Assembly: GCA_964515325.1 (NCBI GenBank)
Contig: CAZESO010000001.1
Location: 1 to 35,482, forward strand
DNA length: 35,482 nt
Direction: 5' to 3'
DNA from: an uncultured Roseburia sp.
Lineage (GTDB): Bacteria; Bacillota; Clostridia; Lachnospirales; Lachnospiraceae
Shown in pieces: positions 34,448 to 35,482 of this stretch. The translations under genes were made by a program, and so were the position numbers. The notes under the pieces are model-generated. The model made no database searches and had not been told where the DNA came from. It saw only the letters and a program-made list of their open reading frames with translations. Position 1 is the first letter of the stretch, and every line of letters begins with the position of its first letter.

Positions 34448-35057
34448 TGAGTACATATATATTGTTTTGGTAAAAGCATTAACGGGACTGGGACAGTTTA
34501 GCAGAATTATAAGTAAATATGAGTATTCACATATAGCAGTTTGTCTTGATGAAAATTTAAATGACTTCGTTACTTTTTCAAGAAGAAAGCATTATTCGCC
34601 TTTTAATGCAGGGTTCATGCATGAAAAGAGGGAGCATTATGCATTTGGTGAAAATGAGAAGGTAAAGGTGAAGGTGTTCAAAGTGCCTGTTAGCACAGAG
34701 AACAAAATAAAAATCATAAAGTACATAGAAAAAATTGAAAATGATAAAGAATATGTTTTCAATTTATATTCAATGCTTACAATGCCTTTTATCCATGGCT
34801 TTGAAATATACAAAGCCCATAACTGTATGTCTTTTGTTGGAAAGATAATAGAACTAAGCAAGTCGGTGGAAATGGACAAACCATATTACAAATATAATAT
34901 TCCTGAAATGGATGAATTGCTTGAAGACTACAAGTATAAGGAAGGCTATTTGAAAAAGAAGCAGGAAGATTATGAGTATATGCAAAAAGATGATATGGTT
35001 AGTAATGTGAAAATGTTTGTGGGATTGAATGGTGAATTAATAAAGAGAATGCTGTAA
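34440..35057 (+). CDS. hypothetical protein; possible permuted NlpC/P60 (YiiX/LRAT-like) Cys-His acyl-/amido-transferase
   Basis: The ORF itself is solid: 8-nt overlap with the upstream gene, then a terminator. The family call rests only on His31 in YSHIAV (34530-34532) followed by Cys129 in HNCMSFV (34824-34826). This His-before-Cys order and NC-x-x-F context resemble LRAT/YiiX-type enzymes. Confidence 0.45.
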   Translation: MNNEYIYIVLVKALTGLGQFSRIISKYEYSHIAVCLDENLNDFVTFSRRKHYSPFNAGFMHEKREHYAFGENEKVKVKVFKVPVSTENKIKIIKYIEKIENDKEYVFNLYSMLTMPFIHGFEIYKAHNCMSFVGKIIELSKSVEMDKPYYKYNIPEMDELLEDYKYKEGYLKKKQEDYEYMQKDDMVSNVKMFVGLNGELIKRML

Positions 35058-35071
35058 TGGCATTCTTTTTT
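35045..35071 (+). terminator. rho-independent terminator of the five-gene operon
   Basis: agaatgc (35045-35051) / gcattct (35059-35065) followed by TTTTTT. The stop codon lies in the loop. Confidence 0.7.
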
Positions 35072-35111
35072 GTTGTATTTTCAAAAATACAATACTGACA
35101 AAACAACTGTC

Positions 35112-35140
35112 TTGTCAGATGTAAAGTTTTGTGTTACAAT
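35112..35140 (+). promoter_or_regulatory. nadA promoter with an overlapping inverted repeat
   Basis: TTGTCA (35112-35117), 17-nt spacer, TACAAT (35135-35140) with TGT extended -10. The inverted repeat ctgacaa (35095-35101) / ttgtcag (35112-35118) overlaps the -35. Confidence 0.5.
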
Positions 35141-35214
35141 GGCAGAAATTTACATTATGTGAATTTGTATTTTTCGATGACAGAATGCGGAGGTGCATTC
35201 GGAATGGAGTGAAA

Positions 35215-35482
35215 ATGGGTACATTAACAGAAGACATAAAAAGACTTAAAGAAGAGCGAAATGCGGTTATTCTTGCTCATTATTATGTAAATGATGATGT
35301 TCAGGAAATAGCAGATTACATAGGTGACTCTTATTATTTAAGCAAGGTTGCAAAGGATTTAAAAGAGGATGTAATAGTATTTGCAGGGGTTTCGTTTATG
35401 GGAGAGAGTGCAAAGCTTTTAAGTCCAAATAAAACAGTTCTTATGCCTGATATGAGTGCAGATTGTGCGATGGCACATATGG
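35215..35482 (+). CDS. nadA: quinolinate synthase, N-terminal 89 codons (continues beyond the window)
   Basis: Not in the track because it is open-ended. GGAG (35206-35209), then ATG 35215: MGTLTEDIKRLKEERNAVILAHYYVNDDVQEIADYIGDSYYLSKVA...FMGESAKLL..MPD..A.C.MA, a NadA N-terminus. Confidence 0.88.
   Translation, partial: MGTLTEDIKRLKEERNAVILAHYYVNDDVQEIADYIGDSYYLSKVAKDLKEDVIVFAGVSFMGESAKLLSPNKTVLMPDMSADCAMAHM

Overview
AT-rich chromosomal segment of Firmicutes/Clostridia type, judged from GGAGG-type RBSs, glgC-glgD-spoVG, pth-mfd and DnaD/DnaI-type helicase-loader genes. I found no rRNA, tRNA, CRISPR array, transposase or integrase. The left half (1-13.3 kb) is housekeeping: phosphoketolase (partial), a long divergent prs, a dnaD-like/dnaI-like pair, murC, glgCD, spoVG, mfd and pth. 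The middle (13.3-25 kb) holds a 700-bp intergenic region carrying a helically phased short-repeat array. This is followed by a three-gene SPFH/zinc-ribbon membrane module, a MATE exporter, a GDPD esterase, a Cache-(degenerate GGDEF)-EAL protein, and two uncharacterised membrane proteins with an M20 peptidase. The right part (25-35 kb) is lipid and acyl-chain oriented: an acyl-ACP thioesterase, a Na+/solute symporter with an acyl-CoA ligase, and an 850-bp non-coding island with several structured elements and a small split ORF. Next comes a tightly coupled five-gene operon, then the start of nadA. That operon (PlsC-like acyltransferase, acyl-adenylating enzyme, B12-type radical SAM, CDP-alcohol phosphatidyltransferase, permuted-papain/LRAT-like protein) is my best candidate for an undescribed system, namely a phospholipid-tailoring pathway. 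Secondary candidates are the PspA-less SPFH/zinc-ribbon module, the phased CGAGGTA array, and a DnaA-box cluster upstream of the helicase-loader operon. All family calls come from motifs read by eye in the supplied translations. No database search was run.
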